From Succinivibrio sp. (GTDB lineage: Bacteria > Bacillota > Clostridia > Lachnospirales > Lachnospiraceae): 64,000 nt of DNA. This document shows, one piece after another, positions 20,021-29,987 of this stretch. The notes beneath the pieces are model-generated. The model had not been told where the DNA came from. It made no database searches and saw nothing but the letters and a program-made list of their open reading frames with translations. The position numbers and the translations under genes were made by a program. The DNA is taken from NCBI GenBank assembly GCA_963591995.1, contig CAVAUJ010000003.1:6302-70301 (forward strand), read 5' to 3'. How positions within the stretch are numbered: the first letter of the stretch is position 1; every line of letters begins with the position of its first letter.

Positions 20021-23000
20021 ATGCGTGACAGGAATAAGAAGGGACCGGCAAAGCGTGCTGCGGCGTGGCTGCTGAGCGTGGGAGTGGCATTTACGGCGGT
20101 TCCGGTTCTGCCCGCCGGCAGCATTGCCGTGAGAGCGGAGGAGTCCGGAGAAAGCGGACGGGCCGTGGTGGTGTATCTGGATTCGCCGTCTCTGAGCGGG
20201 GCACCGGCGAAGGATGCGGATGCGCTGCGGACGATACTGGGCAGCACCAATGAGTTCGAGGAAAGCGGCGTTGAAATCTATAAGCTGCCGGAGGACAGCG
20301 ATGACGATTACAAAAGCGCGCTTTGGGAGAAGATGGATGCGATCGCAGAGGAAACGGACGAGAACTCCTATACGGTCTTTTCCTACGTGGGGCACGGGAG
20401 CCAGGAAAAGGACGGGACGAGCTATCTGGCCGGCGGCGGCGCGAACAACATCACGGCGGCGGAGCTGCGCACACATCTTGACAAGCTGCAGGGAAAGGTG
20501 CTGGTGCTCCTTTCCTGCTGCTATGCCGGAGGAATGATCCTGCCGGCCTCCGAGGGTGCGGACGCGGAAGGCACGGCTGCGGTTTCCGCGGAGGAATTTG
20601 GAGAGGAGTTCCTGGAGGCGTTTGAAAATGCGGAGGTGCCCGCTGCGGCGGAGAACGCGCAGCCGCAATATTATTTCATCACGACCGGCAATCAGCTGGA
20701 GACCGGCTACTCCCACAGCGTCATCGGTACCGAGACCATCGCCGCCTTCGGCCACGCAATGGGATATGACCGGAACAACGACAATTATCATGTTTTCGCG
20801 GCGGATACGACAACGCTTCCGGGGACGGAGAGTCGGTCGGGCTATGCGGGCGACGGCAGAATCACCATGCAGGAGCTGGCGGATTATTATAAGAAGACCA
20901 ACATGATCACATCCTCGCCGACCGTCTATCCCGAGGACAGCACGGAGGTGCTGTTCACCTATACGGAGGAGGCCGGCACGCCGGCCACCCTCTCCTGCAG
21001 CATTCCGCAGGAGAATATGAGCGTGGATGAGAAAGGTGTGATCAAATTCACCGCAACGGTGCAGAATCTGACCGATCATGACATAGAGGTGGGGACAGGG
21101 GTTTACGATCTGGGAAGTCGTACCTTTGCGCTCACAACGGCCAGTCGCGGCAAATATCCGAACGGAGAGTCGCTGGACGGCTATATTGAGGCGGATGGGA
21201 CGTACACTGTGGAAGCCGGAAGCACGGATACGGTGAATTATGAGTTTATCTGGGACGAGTTCCGTGACGGCGCCTCCAACGAAAAGGAGAATCCCTTCGC
21301 TCTGAAGATCTGGGACTGCACCGATACGGGGGAGCAGATCGGCACCTACCGGCTTCTGAGCTTTTACACAAGGCCGGAGGAGGCATCGCCGGATGCGATC
21401 GATCCCGATGCGCTGTGCCTGCGCAAGCCTGCCCAGCTGACCGTGAACGAGGACAAGGAGGATGCGGAAGGGACCGGTACGGAGGAAGACGAAGAGGATG
21501 CCGTCCCGGATGCCGTGACGAAGACCTCGAGCCGTCTGCCGGTGGAGATTGTATACGATACGCAGACGCAGAGTAAGAGCACCAACGCCGCGTGTACGCT
21601 CTCGCTCTATGCCTATGATCTCGGAACGCAGCTGCCGGACGGAATTCATGTGGAAAAGGACGAGGAAGGATATTCCGATGTTCTGAAGAAGGCGGGAGGC
21701 GAGGAAATATCCCTTTCGGACGATGCAAGGACGACGGTTTTCGAAAATGTGCGTCCCACGCACGACAGGATCGGAGATGTGGACCTGCGGGGGAGCGTTC
21801 ACACCTATGTCTGGGATACCTCGGAGCTTTCGCTGCAGCATTATTATGCAGTGCGGGCCGTTTGCCACGATGATGCCACAGGAAAGGAGAAGAGCGTTTA
21901 CGCACTGATTCTGCGAACAGAGGCGAAGGATGCAGAGGAGTATCAGATTCCATTTGTGGAAATCTCGGATGATACCTGGGACTGGTTCCGCTACCGGGAC
22001 GGCTTCACGGTGGGCGAGAGCTGGAGCGACATCAAGGAGGAATATCGGACGGTCGTGGGGGTTGGAAAGGAACTGCAGGAGGCCCTGAACCGGTCGTCCA
22101 CCGGCCTGTATTCGTTCGATGTCATGGGCTGGGAGGTCCTGGACGAATCGGGCGAATGGCGGAGTGTGGAGGACACGGAGATGTTCAAGGCCGGAGGAAC
22201 CTATCGGTGCGTGATCGAGGTAACGGTAGGGGACGGCTGTAACGCGGTCTTTACAAAGGAGACCAAGGTCCGGACAGATCGTCACGAGCTGGAACAGTTT
22301 GCGGTGATCAACAGCAGGAAGCTGGATCTTCAGGTTGTGCATAAGGTCCCGGATGCGAGCGCACTTGCGGGCATGACATTGGAAATGTACCGCGCGGATG
22401 CGGTCGATGAGCGCATTGCAGCGGACAACGAGTCGCTTCATCCCGGCGATAAGGTCATTCTGGTGCCCGGGGAGGACTGCCGCTTCAACCTTTGGGAGGG
22501 ACTCGAGAAGACCGGGGAGTCCGTGAAAAAGGACGGCGTGTGGTACGATGTTTATAAGGTTTCGGATTTTCAGAAGGGAACGAATTCGGCGACGCTGGGC
22601 GTAAGAGTCTGGAAGAGTTCGGATGACAATTGCGGCTGCACGGAGGTGCTGTATCGATGGACGGCGCATCTGAACGCGGAAGGCGGGGACGACGGAGGCA
22701 AGGTTTCTCCGGGCGGGGGCGACGGAGCCGCAGGAGGTGCCGATGCGAAGGATGAGAGTACTTCGGCGAGCGCGCAGGCGGCAGGAGCGGCAGAGACTGC
22801 CGGTGGGCAGGCGAATGTGACATCGCCGGCGGTGTCTGCGGAGAGCGGAGAAGAAGTGCAGAAGGCTGCGGCCGGTACCGATGCGGCGGGAGAAATGCGT
22901 GCGGCAGATCCTGCGTCAAGAGCCGCGGCGGCGACCGGTGACCGCGCAAGACCCGGGCTGTGGCTCCTTCTGGGGCTCTCCTCCGGCGTATGCGGGGTGA

Positions 23001-23035
23001 TCGCAGCCGTTTGCCGGAAGAGAAAAAAGCAGTGA
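20021..23035 (+). CDS. Secreted, probably cell-wall-anchored protein with N-terminal caspase-like (clan CD) domain
   Basis: Signal peptide; FSYVGHG and VLLSCCYAGG motifs; GDGRITMQEL; C-terminal AATGD, hydrophobic helix and RKRKKQ tail; GGAGGAG RBS. Confidence 0.7.
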   Translation: MRDRNKKGPAKRAAAWLLSVGVAFTAVPVLPAGSIAVRAEESGESGRAVVVYLDSPSLSGAPAKDADALRTILGSTNEFEESGVEIYKLPEDSDDDYKSALWEKMDAIAEETDENSYTVFSYVGHGSQEKDGTSYLAGGGANNITAAELRTHLDKLQGKVLVLLSCCYAGGMILPASEGADAEGTAAVSAEEFGEEFLEAFENAEVPAAAENAQPQYYFITTGNQLETGYSHSVIGTETIAAFGHAMGYDRNNDNYHVFAADTTTLPGTESRSGYAGDGRITMQELADYYKKTNMITSSPTVYPEDSTEVLFTYTEEAGTPATLSCSIPQENMSVDEKGVIKFTATVQNLTDHDIEVGTGVYDLGSRTFALTTASRGKYPNGESLDGYIEADGTYTVEAGSTDTVNYEFIWDEFRDGASNEKENPFALKIWDCTDTGEQIGTYRLLSFYTRPEEASPDAIDPDALCLRKPAQLTVNEDKEDAEGTGTEEDEEDAVPDAVTKTSSRLPVEIVYDTQTQSKSTNAACTLSLYAYDLGTQLPDGIHVEKDEEGYSDVLKKAGGEEISLSDDARTTVFENVRPTHDRIGDVDLRGSVHTYVWDTSELSLQHYYAVRAVCHDDATGKEKSVYALILRTEAKDAEEYQIPFVEISDDTWDWFRYRDGFTVGESWSDIKEEYRTVVGVGKELQEALNRSSTGLYSFDVMGWEVLDESGEWRSVEDTEMFKAGGTYRCVIEVTVGDGCNAVFTKETKVRTDRHELEQFAVINSRKLDLQVVHKVPDASALAGMTLEMYRADAVDERIAADNESLHPGDKVILVPGEDCRFNLWEGLEKTGESVKKDGVWYDVYKVSDFQKGTNSATLGVRVWKSSDDNCGCTEVLYRWTAHLNAEGGDDGGKVSPGGGDGAAGGADAKDESTSASAQAAGAAETAGGQANVTSPAVSAESGEEVQKAAAGTDAAGEMRAADPASRAAAATGDRARPGLWLLLGLSSGVCGVIAAVCRKRKKQ

Positions 23036-23044
23036 GGACATCCT

Positions 23045-24289
23045 ATGCGGATCCTGATGGTGAATAAATTCCTCTATCCCAACGGGGGATCGGAGACATA
23101 TCTTTTCAAGACGGGCGCACAGCTTGCGGCCATGGGGCACGAGGTGCAATATTTCGGCATGGAGCATGAGGGGCGCATCGTGGGCAATGCGGCGGAGATT
23201 TACACGGCTCCCATGGACTTCCATGGGGGCTCGAAGCCGGCAAAGCTCGCGTACCCGTTTCAGATCCTGTATTCGGCGGAGGCCAAAAGAGACATCCAGA
23301 GGGTGCTGGAGCGCTTTCCTGCGGATGTCGTACATCTCAACAACATCAATTTTCAGCTGACGCCGTCCATCATCGACGGCGTGCGGGAGTTCGATCCGAA
23401 CATCCGGATCGTATATACGGCGCACGATGCGCAATGGGTTTGTCCGAACCATCTGCTGCGCATTCCCTCCACGGGGGAGGTGTGCACCCGCTGCATTGAC
23501 GGGGCCGTCGGTCATTGCGTACGGAATCGCTGCATTCACAATTCTGCCTTCCGTTCACTTCTGGGTGCGATGGAGGCCCGGCTGTATCGGAGGAGGAAAA
23601 CCTATGAGCAGGTGGATCGGATTGTCTGCCCGTCGGACTTTCTGAACGGCATTCTGTCGCACAATCCGCAGCTGCGGGGGCGTACGGTGACGCTGCACAA
23701 TTTTGTGGACAGGAGCCCGGAGCCGGAGGAAATGCGGCAAGCGGAAGGCAGCAGGACGATTCCCGGGCGGTATGTCCTGTATTTTGGAAGATATACCATG
23801 GAAAAGGGAGTGGGGACCCTGCTGGAGGCGGCAGGAGCGCTGCCGCAGATCCGCTTTGTTTTCGCCGGGAAGGGGGAGCTGGCGGATCGGATCCGCGAGC
23901 TGCCGAATGCGCTGGAGATCGGCTTTCTCGAGGGAGCGGCCCTGCGGGAGGTGATCCGGGGCGCCGCCTTCGTGGTATTCCCGTCGGAGTGGTATGAGAA
24001 CGGGCCCTTTGTGGTCATCGAATCCATCATGAACGGGACACCGATTCTGGCATCCAATCTTGGCGGAACGCCGGAGATGATCGCAGAGGGGGAAACCGGG
24101 GAGCTTTTTGCTGCGGGCGACCAAAAGGAGCTGCAGGAGAAAATTGCCCGTCTTTATCAGGATGAGAGCCGACTGGAAGCCTATCGGCGCGGCTGCGCAG
24201 CCACGGCAAGGGGGGAAGGGCGTGTGCATTTTGATTCCCTGGAGGAGTATTGCAGCCGGCTGGTGCAGGAGGTCTATCAAAGAACATGA
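23045..24289 (+). CDS. Glycosyltransferase family 4 (GT-B)
   Basis: MRILMVNKFLYPNGGSE, LYFGR..EKG, PSEWYENGPFVVIES, ASNLGGTPE. Confidence 0.9.
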   Translation: MRILMVNKFLYPNGGSETYLFKTGAQLAAMGHEVQYFGMEHEGRIVGNAAEIYTAPMDFHGGSKPAKLAYPFQILYSAEAKRDIQRVLERFPADVVHLNNINFQLTPSIIDGVREFDPNIRIVYTAHDAQWVCPNHLLRIPSTGEVCTRCIDGAVGHCVRNRCIHNSAFRSLLGAMEARLYRRRKTYEQVDRIVCPSDFLNGILSHNPQLRGRTVTLHNFVDRSPEPEEMRQAEGSRTIPGRYVLYFGRYTMEKGVGTLLEAAGALPQIRFVFAGKGELADRIRELPNALEIGFLEGAALREVIRGAAFVVFPSEWYENGPFVVIESIMNGTPILASNLGGTPEMIAEGETGELFAAGDQKELQEKIARLYQDESRLEAYRRGCAATARGEGRVHFDSLEEYCSRLVQEVYQRT

Positions 24290-25014
24290 GCCACAGCGAG
24301 GATTTTGGAAGAAAGCATAACGGTACGGCGGCTGCGGCCCTTGGCAGAGCCTTTCCGCAGACCATTCCGGTTCTGACGGGCTATGTTTTCCTGGGGATCA
24401 CCTACGGAATCCTGATGGTGACCAGCGGGTTTCCCATCCTGTATCCCATATTGACGGCGTTCGTTGTCTACACGGGTTCCATGGAATTCCTGCTGGTGTC
24501 CATTCTGATGTCCTCCTTTCAGCCGCTGGCCTGCTTTGTGACGGCGCTCATGGTCGGAGCGAGGCACCTGTTCTACGGAATTTCCATGCTGGACCGCTAT
24601 AAGGGGACCGGCTGGAAGAAGCTGTATCTGATCTATGCGACAACGGATGAGACCTTTGCCGTGAATTATTCGGTGGCGGTTCCGGAGGGCATCGACCGGG
24701 GCTGGTTTTATTTCTGGGTTTCGCTTCTGGACCAGGCTTACTGGATCGCGGGAACGGCATTGGGGGCGGTCTTCGGCTCGCAGCTTACCTTCAATACAAG
24801 AGGACTGGATTTTGTCATGACGGCAATGTTCGTCACCATCTTCATGAATCAATGGCTGAAGGATACCTGGAAGGGACATGCAAGCGCCGGAATCGGCATT
24901 GCAGGGTCCCTTGTGTGGCTGTGGATTCTGGGTCCGGACGGCTTCATCGTGCCGGCCATGCTGACCATTCTCGCGGCGCTGGCGCTGCTGCGGCCGCTGT
25001 TGGGGAAGGATTGA
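24286..25014 (+). CDS. azlC: AzlC family amino-acid exporter permease
   Basis: TIPVLTGYVFLG, YTGSMEF, ARHLFYG, TDETFA, GLDFVMTAMF. Confidence 0.85.
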   Translation: MSHSEDFGRKHNGTAAAALGRAFPQTIPVLTGYVFLGITYGILMVTSGFPILYPILTAFVVYTGSMEFLLVSILMSSFQPLACFVTALMVGARHLFYGISMLDRYKGTGWKKLYLIYATTDETFAVNYSVAVPEGIDRGWFYFWVSLLDQAYWIAGTALGAVFGSQLTFNTRGLDFVMTAMFVTIFMNQWLKDTWKGHASAGIGIAGSLVWLWILGPDGFIVPAMLTILAALALLRPLLGKD

Positions 25015-25086
25015 TGGAATGTAGTACAATGAGGACATCGGGCCGAAGCAGCAGATCGGCCAAGGGAGCTGCAGAAGGGAGCGAAT

Positions 25087-26076
25087 ATGTATCAATCGGT
25101 ATTCGAGGACAGGGGGAACTGGTATAAGGGAAATCTTCACATGCACACGACCCGTTCGGACGGACATGTGAGCCCGCGGGAGGCCGTGGAGATCTACCGC
25201 AGGAACGGATATGACTTCGTTGCATTGACGGATCACAGAAGACCGTCGGTGACGCTGGAGCCGGGGGAGCGCGGGCATGTGGATGCGCTGCCCGCGGGCG
25301 CAGAGACGGGAGACGACGGCTGCCTCGTGGAGGCGGGGAACCTGCTGGTCCTCTCCGGTGTGGAATGGGATACCGGCGGCGGCAACACCCGGCGAAGCGG
25401 CGATGTTGCGACCTATCATATTGTGGGAATCGGAATGACGGAATGCCGCGGCATCTGCTATGAGGGAAATCCGCACCCGAAGCCGCAGGAGATTGTAAAT
25501 ACCATCCGGGCGGACGGCGGCCTTGCGATTCTGGCACACCCTGCCTGGTCGGTGATGGATCCGGGCGGCATTGCGCAGCTGGAGGGCATCGCGGCGGCGG
25601 AAATCTACAATTCCGTATCGGACGTTCCGTATACCGGAGCGCGGGCCGAATCCTCGGCCTGGTTCGACATCTGGGGAACCCATTACGGGAAGCTGGTCCC
25701 GGCGGTGGCCTCGGACGATGCGCACAGCTATGAGGGGGACGCGTGCTATGCTTACACGATGGTAAATGCCGCGGAGCTCTCCCGCGACGGAATCCTTGAT
25801 GCGCTGCAGGCTGGGAATTTCTATGCGACACAGCGCCCTGTGCTCTATGATATGGCAGTGGACAGGGAAAAGGGCACGGTGCATATGGAATTCTCAAAGG
25901 ATGTGATGACGGTGGTTTTCTACAGCAATCACATCTGGACCGAGGGGCGGGTCGCCCAGGTGAAGGGCGGAAAGGCGGACTATCGTCTGGAGCCGGGAGA
26001 GTTCTTCCTTCGCGCCGAGATGATTACCCGGGACGGAAGAAAGGCATGGACCTCACCGGTTCCCGTGGTGGACTGA
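25087..26076 (+). CDS. PHP-domain metallohydrolase (CehA/McbA-like)
   Basis: KGNLHMHTTRSDG, ALTDH, LAHP, ASDDAH, GNFYAT. Confidence 0.82.
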   Translation: MYQSVFEDRGNWYKGNLHMHTTRSDGHVSPREAVEIYRRNGYDFVALTDHRRPSVTLEPGERGHVDALPAGAETGDDGCLVEAGNLLVLSGVEWDTGGGNTRRSGDVATYHIVGIGMTECRGICYEGNPHPKPQEIVNTIRADGGLAILAHPAWSVMDPGGIAQLEGIAAAEIYNSVSDVPYTGARAESSAWFDIWGTHYGKLVPAVASDDAHSYEGDACYAYTMVNAAELSRDGILDALQAGNFYATQRPVLYDMAVDREKGTVHMEFSKDVMTVVFYSNHIWTEGRVAQVKGGKADYRLEPGEFFLRAEMITRDGRKAWTSPVPVVD

Positions 26077-26081
26077 AAAAT

Positions 26082-26981
26082 ATGATCGTAGCACAGTATT
26101 TTGATTATTTCGTTATTTTCAGCTTCTTCGGCTGGGTCTATGAGTGCATTTATTGCACGATCCGGGAGAAGCATTGGCAGAACCGCGGATTTCTCTTCGG
26201 TCCGATCTGTCCGATTTACGGGAGCGGGGTTGTGGCAGCGCTGACGGTCTTCCGGCTGCTCCCTTTGCCGGCAGGAGGCGCCGAATATCCGGTGTGGATG
26301 ATCTTTCTCATCTGCGCGGCGGGGAGCGCGGTCATGGAATACGGAACCTCATTGGTTCTGGAGCATTATTTTCATGCGGTGTGGTGGGATTATTCCGAGA
26401 TGCCGCTGAATCTCCACGGCAGGATCTGCCTGCCGGCGAGCTGCGGCTTCGGCGCAGCGGGGATCCTGGTGGTGAAGTTCGTCATGCCGTTTCTGGAAAG
26501 GCTTCCCTCCGACGCGCATCCGCTGGAGAATGAGATATTGAGCCTTGTCTTCGCGGGAATTCTGGGCATGGATCTGGCACTTACGGTTGCCAGTCTGACG
26601 CGGATCGTGGAGCGTCTGGACGATATGGAGCAGGGGTTCAATCTCCGGATGGAGGCGGGATACCGGACCGTGCAGCAGGGGCCTGCCGCGATGGGAGAGG
26701 CGGCAAAGGCGGCCGCCATCAGCGCAGGAGAGACGGCAGTGCTGGCCGCGATGCTGGCAACGGATTCCGCCAAAACGGCTGCGGGCAAATCCGGGCAGGA
26801 GGTGTATGAGAGAATGCAGCGGATGCTGGAGGGCCTCAACCCGCGCGATCGCTACCACCTTGGCAGCATCCGGGCCATTCACCCGCACGGGAAGGAATCC
26901 TTTGACGCAGAGAGGCTGCAGGCGGCCTTCCGCTATGTGCAGGAGAGCGCGCGCAAACGCAGAACAAAGAAAAGGAAATGA
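26082..26981 (+). CDS. Putative ABC-transporter-type membrane protein (CmpB-like)
   Basis: SFFGWVYE, NRGFLFGPICPIYG, WWDYS..LNLHGRICL. Confidence 0.8.
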   Translation: MIVAQYFDYFVIFSFFGWVYECIYCTIREKHWQNRGFLFGPICPIYGSGVVAALTVFRLLPLPAGGAEYPVWMIFLICAAGSAVMEYGTSLVLEHYFHAVWWDYSEMPLNLHGRICLPASCGFGAAGILVVKFVMPFLERLPSDAHPLENEILSLVFAGILGMDLALTVASLTRIVERLDDMEQGFNLRMEAGYRTVQQGPAAMGEAAKAAAISAGETAVLAAMLATDSAKTAAGKSGQEVYERMQRMLEGLNPRDRYHLGSIRAIHPHGKESFDAERLQAAFRYVQESARKRRTKKRK

Positions 26982-27015
26982 GCGCCGCCGGTGCAGGGGC
27001 GTGAAGAAGGACGGA

Positions 27016-27486
27016 ATGCGGTATATTTTTGAAGGAATGACAGCACAGGAGGAAAGGGAATTCCGGGAGCAGCTGGGGACCATGGCACAGGATCCCCGGT
27101 GTCTTCGGATGCGCAATTACATCCAGCACGGCAGGATTACAACCTATGAGCATTGCATGGATGTAGCCAGAACGGCCTTTCTGCTGAACCGGCGGCTTCA
27201 TATGCGGGCCAATGAGAAGCGCCTGGTGCGGGCTGCCTTTCTGCACGACTACTTCCTCTACGACTGGCACTCTCACGGGGACCATTTGCATGGCTACCAT
27301 CATCCGCACATCGCGGCCCGGAACGCATGCCGGGATTTCCGGCTGGATCCGGTGGAGGTACAGGCCATTGAAAGCCATATGTGGCCGTTGACGCTCTTCC
27401 ATGCCCCGGCTTCGCGCATCGCGTGGATGGTTACGCTGGCGGATAAGCTCTGCTCCTCACAGGAGACGCTGTTCCGCAGAGGTTAA
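27016..27486 (+). CDS. HD-domain phosphohydrolase
   Basis: QHGRITTYEH, AFLHDYFLYDWH, HGYHHP, HMWPLT, ADK. Confidence 0.82.
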   Translation: MRYIFEGMTAQEEREFREQLGTMAQDPRCLRMRNYIQHGRITTYEHCMDVARTAFLLNRRLHMRANEKRLVRAAFLHDYFLYDWHSHGDHLHGYHHPHIAARNACRDFRLDPVEVQAIESHMWPLTLFHAPASRIAWMVTLADKLCSSQETLFRRG

Positions 27487-27498
27487 AAGGAGATAAAG

Positions 27499-28572
27499 AT
27501 GAAGATTGTTGTGTTGTGCGGCGGCTTGTCCACCGAGAGAAAGATATCCATTCTGTCCGGCACAAAGGTTTGCCGTGCCCTGCGCGAGAAGGGGCACCGG
27601 GCCGTGCTGGTGGATCTGTTCCTTGGACTGGAGGATTTCGGAGAAGAGGTTGTGCAGAATCCGGAGCAGCTCTTTGAGGAACTGCCGGAGCTGCAGCCTG
27701 CGGTGTTCGACGGCACGCCTCCCGATCTTGACGAGGTGAAGGCCTCCCGCAAATGGAAGAACAGCTCGATCTTCGGCCGGGGCGTTCCGGAGATTTGCGG
27801 AAGGGCGGACATGGTTTTCATTGCCCTGCACGGCCTCAACGGTGAGGACGGAAGAGTGCAGGCGGCCTTTGACCTTCTGGGCATCCGATATACCGGCTCC
27901 GGCTATCTTGGCGCCGGCATGGCGATGGATAAGATCATCACGAAGACGATGGTGCGGCCTCTGGGCATCCGGACACCGGACTGGAAGGAGTATCACGACG
28001 TCGGAAGGGAAGAGCTTCCGGTCATTGCGGCGGAGTGCCCGGTGCCCTGCGTGGTGAAGACGCCCACCGGCGGCTCCTCGGTCGGTGTGTATATTGTGCG
28101 GAGCAGGGAGGAGCTGGAACCGGCGCTTTCGGCTGCATGGCAATACAGCAAAGACATTCTGGTGGAGCAGTTCATTGAAGGAAAGGAGTTCACCAATGCC
28201 GTCCTGAAGGATCGCGCGCTTCCTTGCGTTGAGATCATTCCGAAGGAGGGCGGCTACGACTATTCCAACAAATATGCGGCAGGGGCCACGGAGGAGATTT
28301 GCCCCGGGCGTCTTGCACCGGAGCAGGCGCAGGAGATGGGGAGGATGGCACTGGCGGTACACAGGGCCCTGGGCCTTCGCACCTATTCCCGCAGCGATTT
28401 CATGGTAACCGCGGATGGGACCATCTATTTTCTGGAGGTGAATACGCTCCCCGGGATGACGCCGACGAGCCTGGTCCCGCAGGAAGCCGCAGCAGACGGC
28501 ATTTCCTATGAAGAGCTGTGCGAGATCATCGTGCAGGATGCGATCGGCCATTACAGGAACGGAGAGAATTGA
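27499..28572 (+). CDS. ddl: D-alanine--D-alanine ligase
   Basis: GGLSTERKIS, LHGLNGEDG, MDK, GSSVG, YDYSNKY omega loop, EVNTLPGMT. Confidence 0.92.
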   Translation: MKIVVLCGGLSTERKISILSGTKVCRALREKGHRAVLVDLFLGLEDFGEEVVQNPEQLFEELPELQPAVFDGTPPDLDEVKASRKWKNSSIFGRGVPEICGRADMVFIALHGLNGEDGRVQAAFDLLGIRYTGSGYLGAGMAMDKIITKTMVRPLGIRTPDWKEYHDVGREELPVIAAECPVPCVVKTPTGGSSVGVYIVRSREELEPALSAAWQYSKDILVEQFIEGKEFTNAVLKDRALPCVEIIPKEGGYDYSNKYAAGATEEICPGRLAPEQAQEMGRMALAVHRALGLRTYSRSDFMVTADGTIYFLEVNTLPGMTPTSLVPQEAAADGISYEELCEIIVQDAIGHYRNGEN

Positions 28573-28574
28573 GA

Positions 28575-29987
28575 ATGGAAACCATAACCTTGCAGGAGCT
28601 TGTGGAGGCGGTCAGAGGAGTTGCTCTCGGAAAAACGGAGGCCTCCGATGCCGTGTGCATCAAAGGGGTGCAGTCGGACAACCGCCTGGTGCAGGAGGGA
28701 GATGCTTTTTTTGCCTTCGTCGGAGAGAAGACGGACGGACACCGGTTCGTGAATGCGGCACTGGAGGCAGGGGCCGTGTGCGCGGTTGTTTCGGAGGATC
28801 CCAGGGAGTATCTTCCCGGAAAGCTTTATGTGCGGGTGAGGGATACCGTCGAGGCCTTCGGATTGCTGGCCGGCTGGTACCGGGAGCGCTTTTCCATACC
28901 GGTGATCGGCATCACCGGCTCGGTCGGTAAGACCACCACCAAGGATATGATTGCCGCGGTCCTTTCCGAACGGTACCGCACACAGAAGACGCAGGGGAAC
29001 TTCAACAACAACATCGGCCTTCCCCGGACGCTTTTCTCTCTGACGGGAGAGACAGAGGCGGCTGTGGTTGAGATGGGAATGAACCATTTGAAGGAGATCA
29101 GCTATCTGGTGCAGCTTGCGCGTCCGGAGAGTGCCGTCATCACCAACATCGGAGATGCGCACATCGGGAACCTTGGCAGCAAGGAGAACATTTTCCGGGC
29201 CAAATGTGAAATCTTCGAGGGGCTGCAGGAGGGGGGCTATGCCGTTCTGAACGGAGATGATCCCTATCTTGTGCGTCTGCGGGAGGATGAGGATAAGAAC
29301 AGACGGTTCGTCCTTGATTATGTGGGCGAAGCTGAGGACTGCGCGTGGCGGGCCGCGAACATCCGGGAGGAGAGCCGGGATTCCATGCAATTTACGGCCG
29401 TTACACCGATGGGAAGCTTTGAGGTGACCGTTCCTGCGCTGGGGCATCATCTGATCTATCCCGCGCTGACGGCAGCCGCCATCGGCGCGCACTACGGACT
29501 GACAAAGGAAGAAATCTGCCGGGGAATCGCACATTATGTGCCGACCGGGATGCGTATGGAAACGCTGCATCTTCCGGGAGAGGTGATCCTTTACAACGAT
29601 ACGTACAATGCCAACCCGCAGTCCATGAAGGCCGGCCTGCTGACGCTCTCGCGGACGAAGGCGGATCGCAGGATCGCCGTTCTGGGAGATATGAAGGAGC
29701 TGGGAGCGTTGGAGGAGGCCTTGCACCGGGAGGTGGGCGCCTACGCGGCCTCCCTTTGTCTGGATGAGCTGATCACCGTGGGTGAGGCAGCGGCGCTCCT
29801 TGCGAAGGAGGCAAGCAGGGAAGGCATGGCCGGTGTCCATGCCTGCAGCAGCAAGGAAGAGGCAAAGAGCGTGATCCGGGAGCTGGCAGGAGAAAGGACA
29901 GCGTGGCTCTTCAAGGCCAGCCGCTCCATGGCCTTTGAGGAGCTGGCGCACTATGCGGCCGGGATCGCCGGACAGGAAAAGGTATGA
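28575..29987 (+). CDS. murF: UDP-MurNAc-tripeptide--D-Ala-D-Ala ligase
   Basis: GITGSVGKTTTK, NFNNNIGLP, EMGMNH, DTYNANP, LGDMKELG, KASRSM. Confidence 0.93.
   Translation: METITLQELVEAVRGVALGKTEASDAVCIKGVQSDNRLVQEGDAFFAFVGEKTDGHRFVNAALEAGAVCAVVSEDPREYLPGKLYVRVRDTVEAFGLLAGWYRERFSIPVIGITGSVGKTTTKDMIAAVLSERYRTQKTQGNFNNNIGLPRTLFSLTGETEAAVVEMGMNHLKEISYLVQLARPESAVITNIGDAHIGNLGSKENIFRAKCEIFEGLQEGGYAVLNGDDPYLVRLREDEDKNRRFVLDYVGEAEDCAWRAANIREESRDSMQFTAVTPMGSFEVTVPALGHHLIYPALTAAAIGAHYGLTKEEICRGIAHYVPTGMRMETLHLPGEVILYNDTYNANPQSMKAGLLTLSRTKADRRIAVLGDMKELGALEEALHREVGAYAASLCLDELITVGEAAALLAKEASREGMAGVHACSSKEEAKSVIRELAGERTAWLFKASRSMAFEELAHYAAGIAGQEKV

Noticed and set aside
19844..22669. 1125-aa minus-strand ORF (19292..22669) as one protein
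   Set aside because: Only the last 183 aa are a recognisable regulator with its own RBS; the rest is the antisense shadow of the + strand surface-protein gene
27499..29987. Vancomycin-resistance ligase cluster
   Set aside because: Omega loop YDYSNKY is D-Ala-D-Ala type; no vanH/X/Y/T/R/S genes nearby
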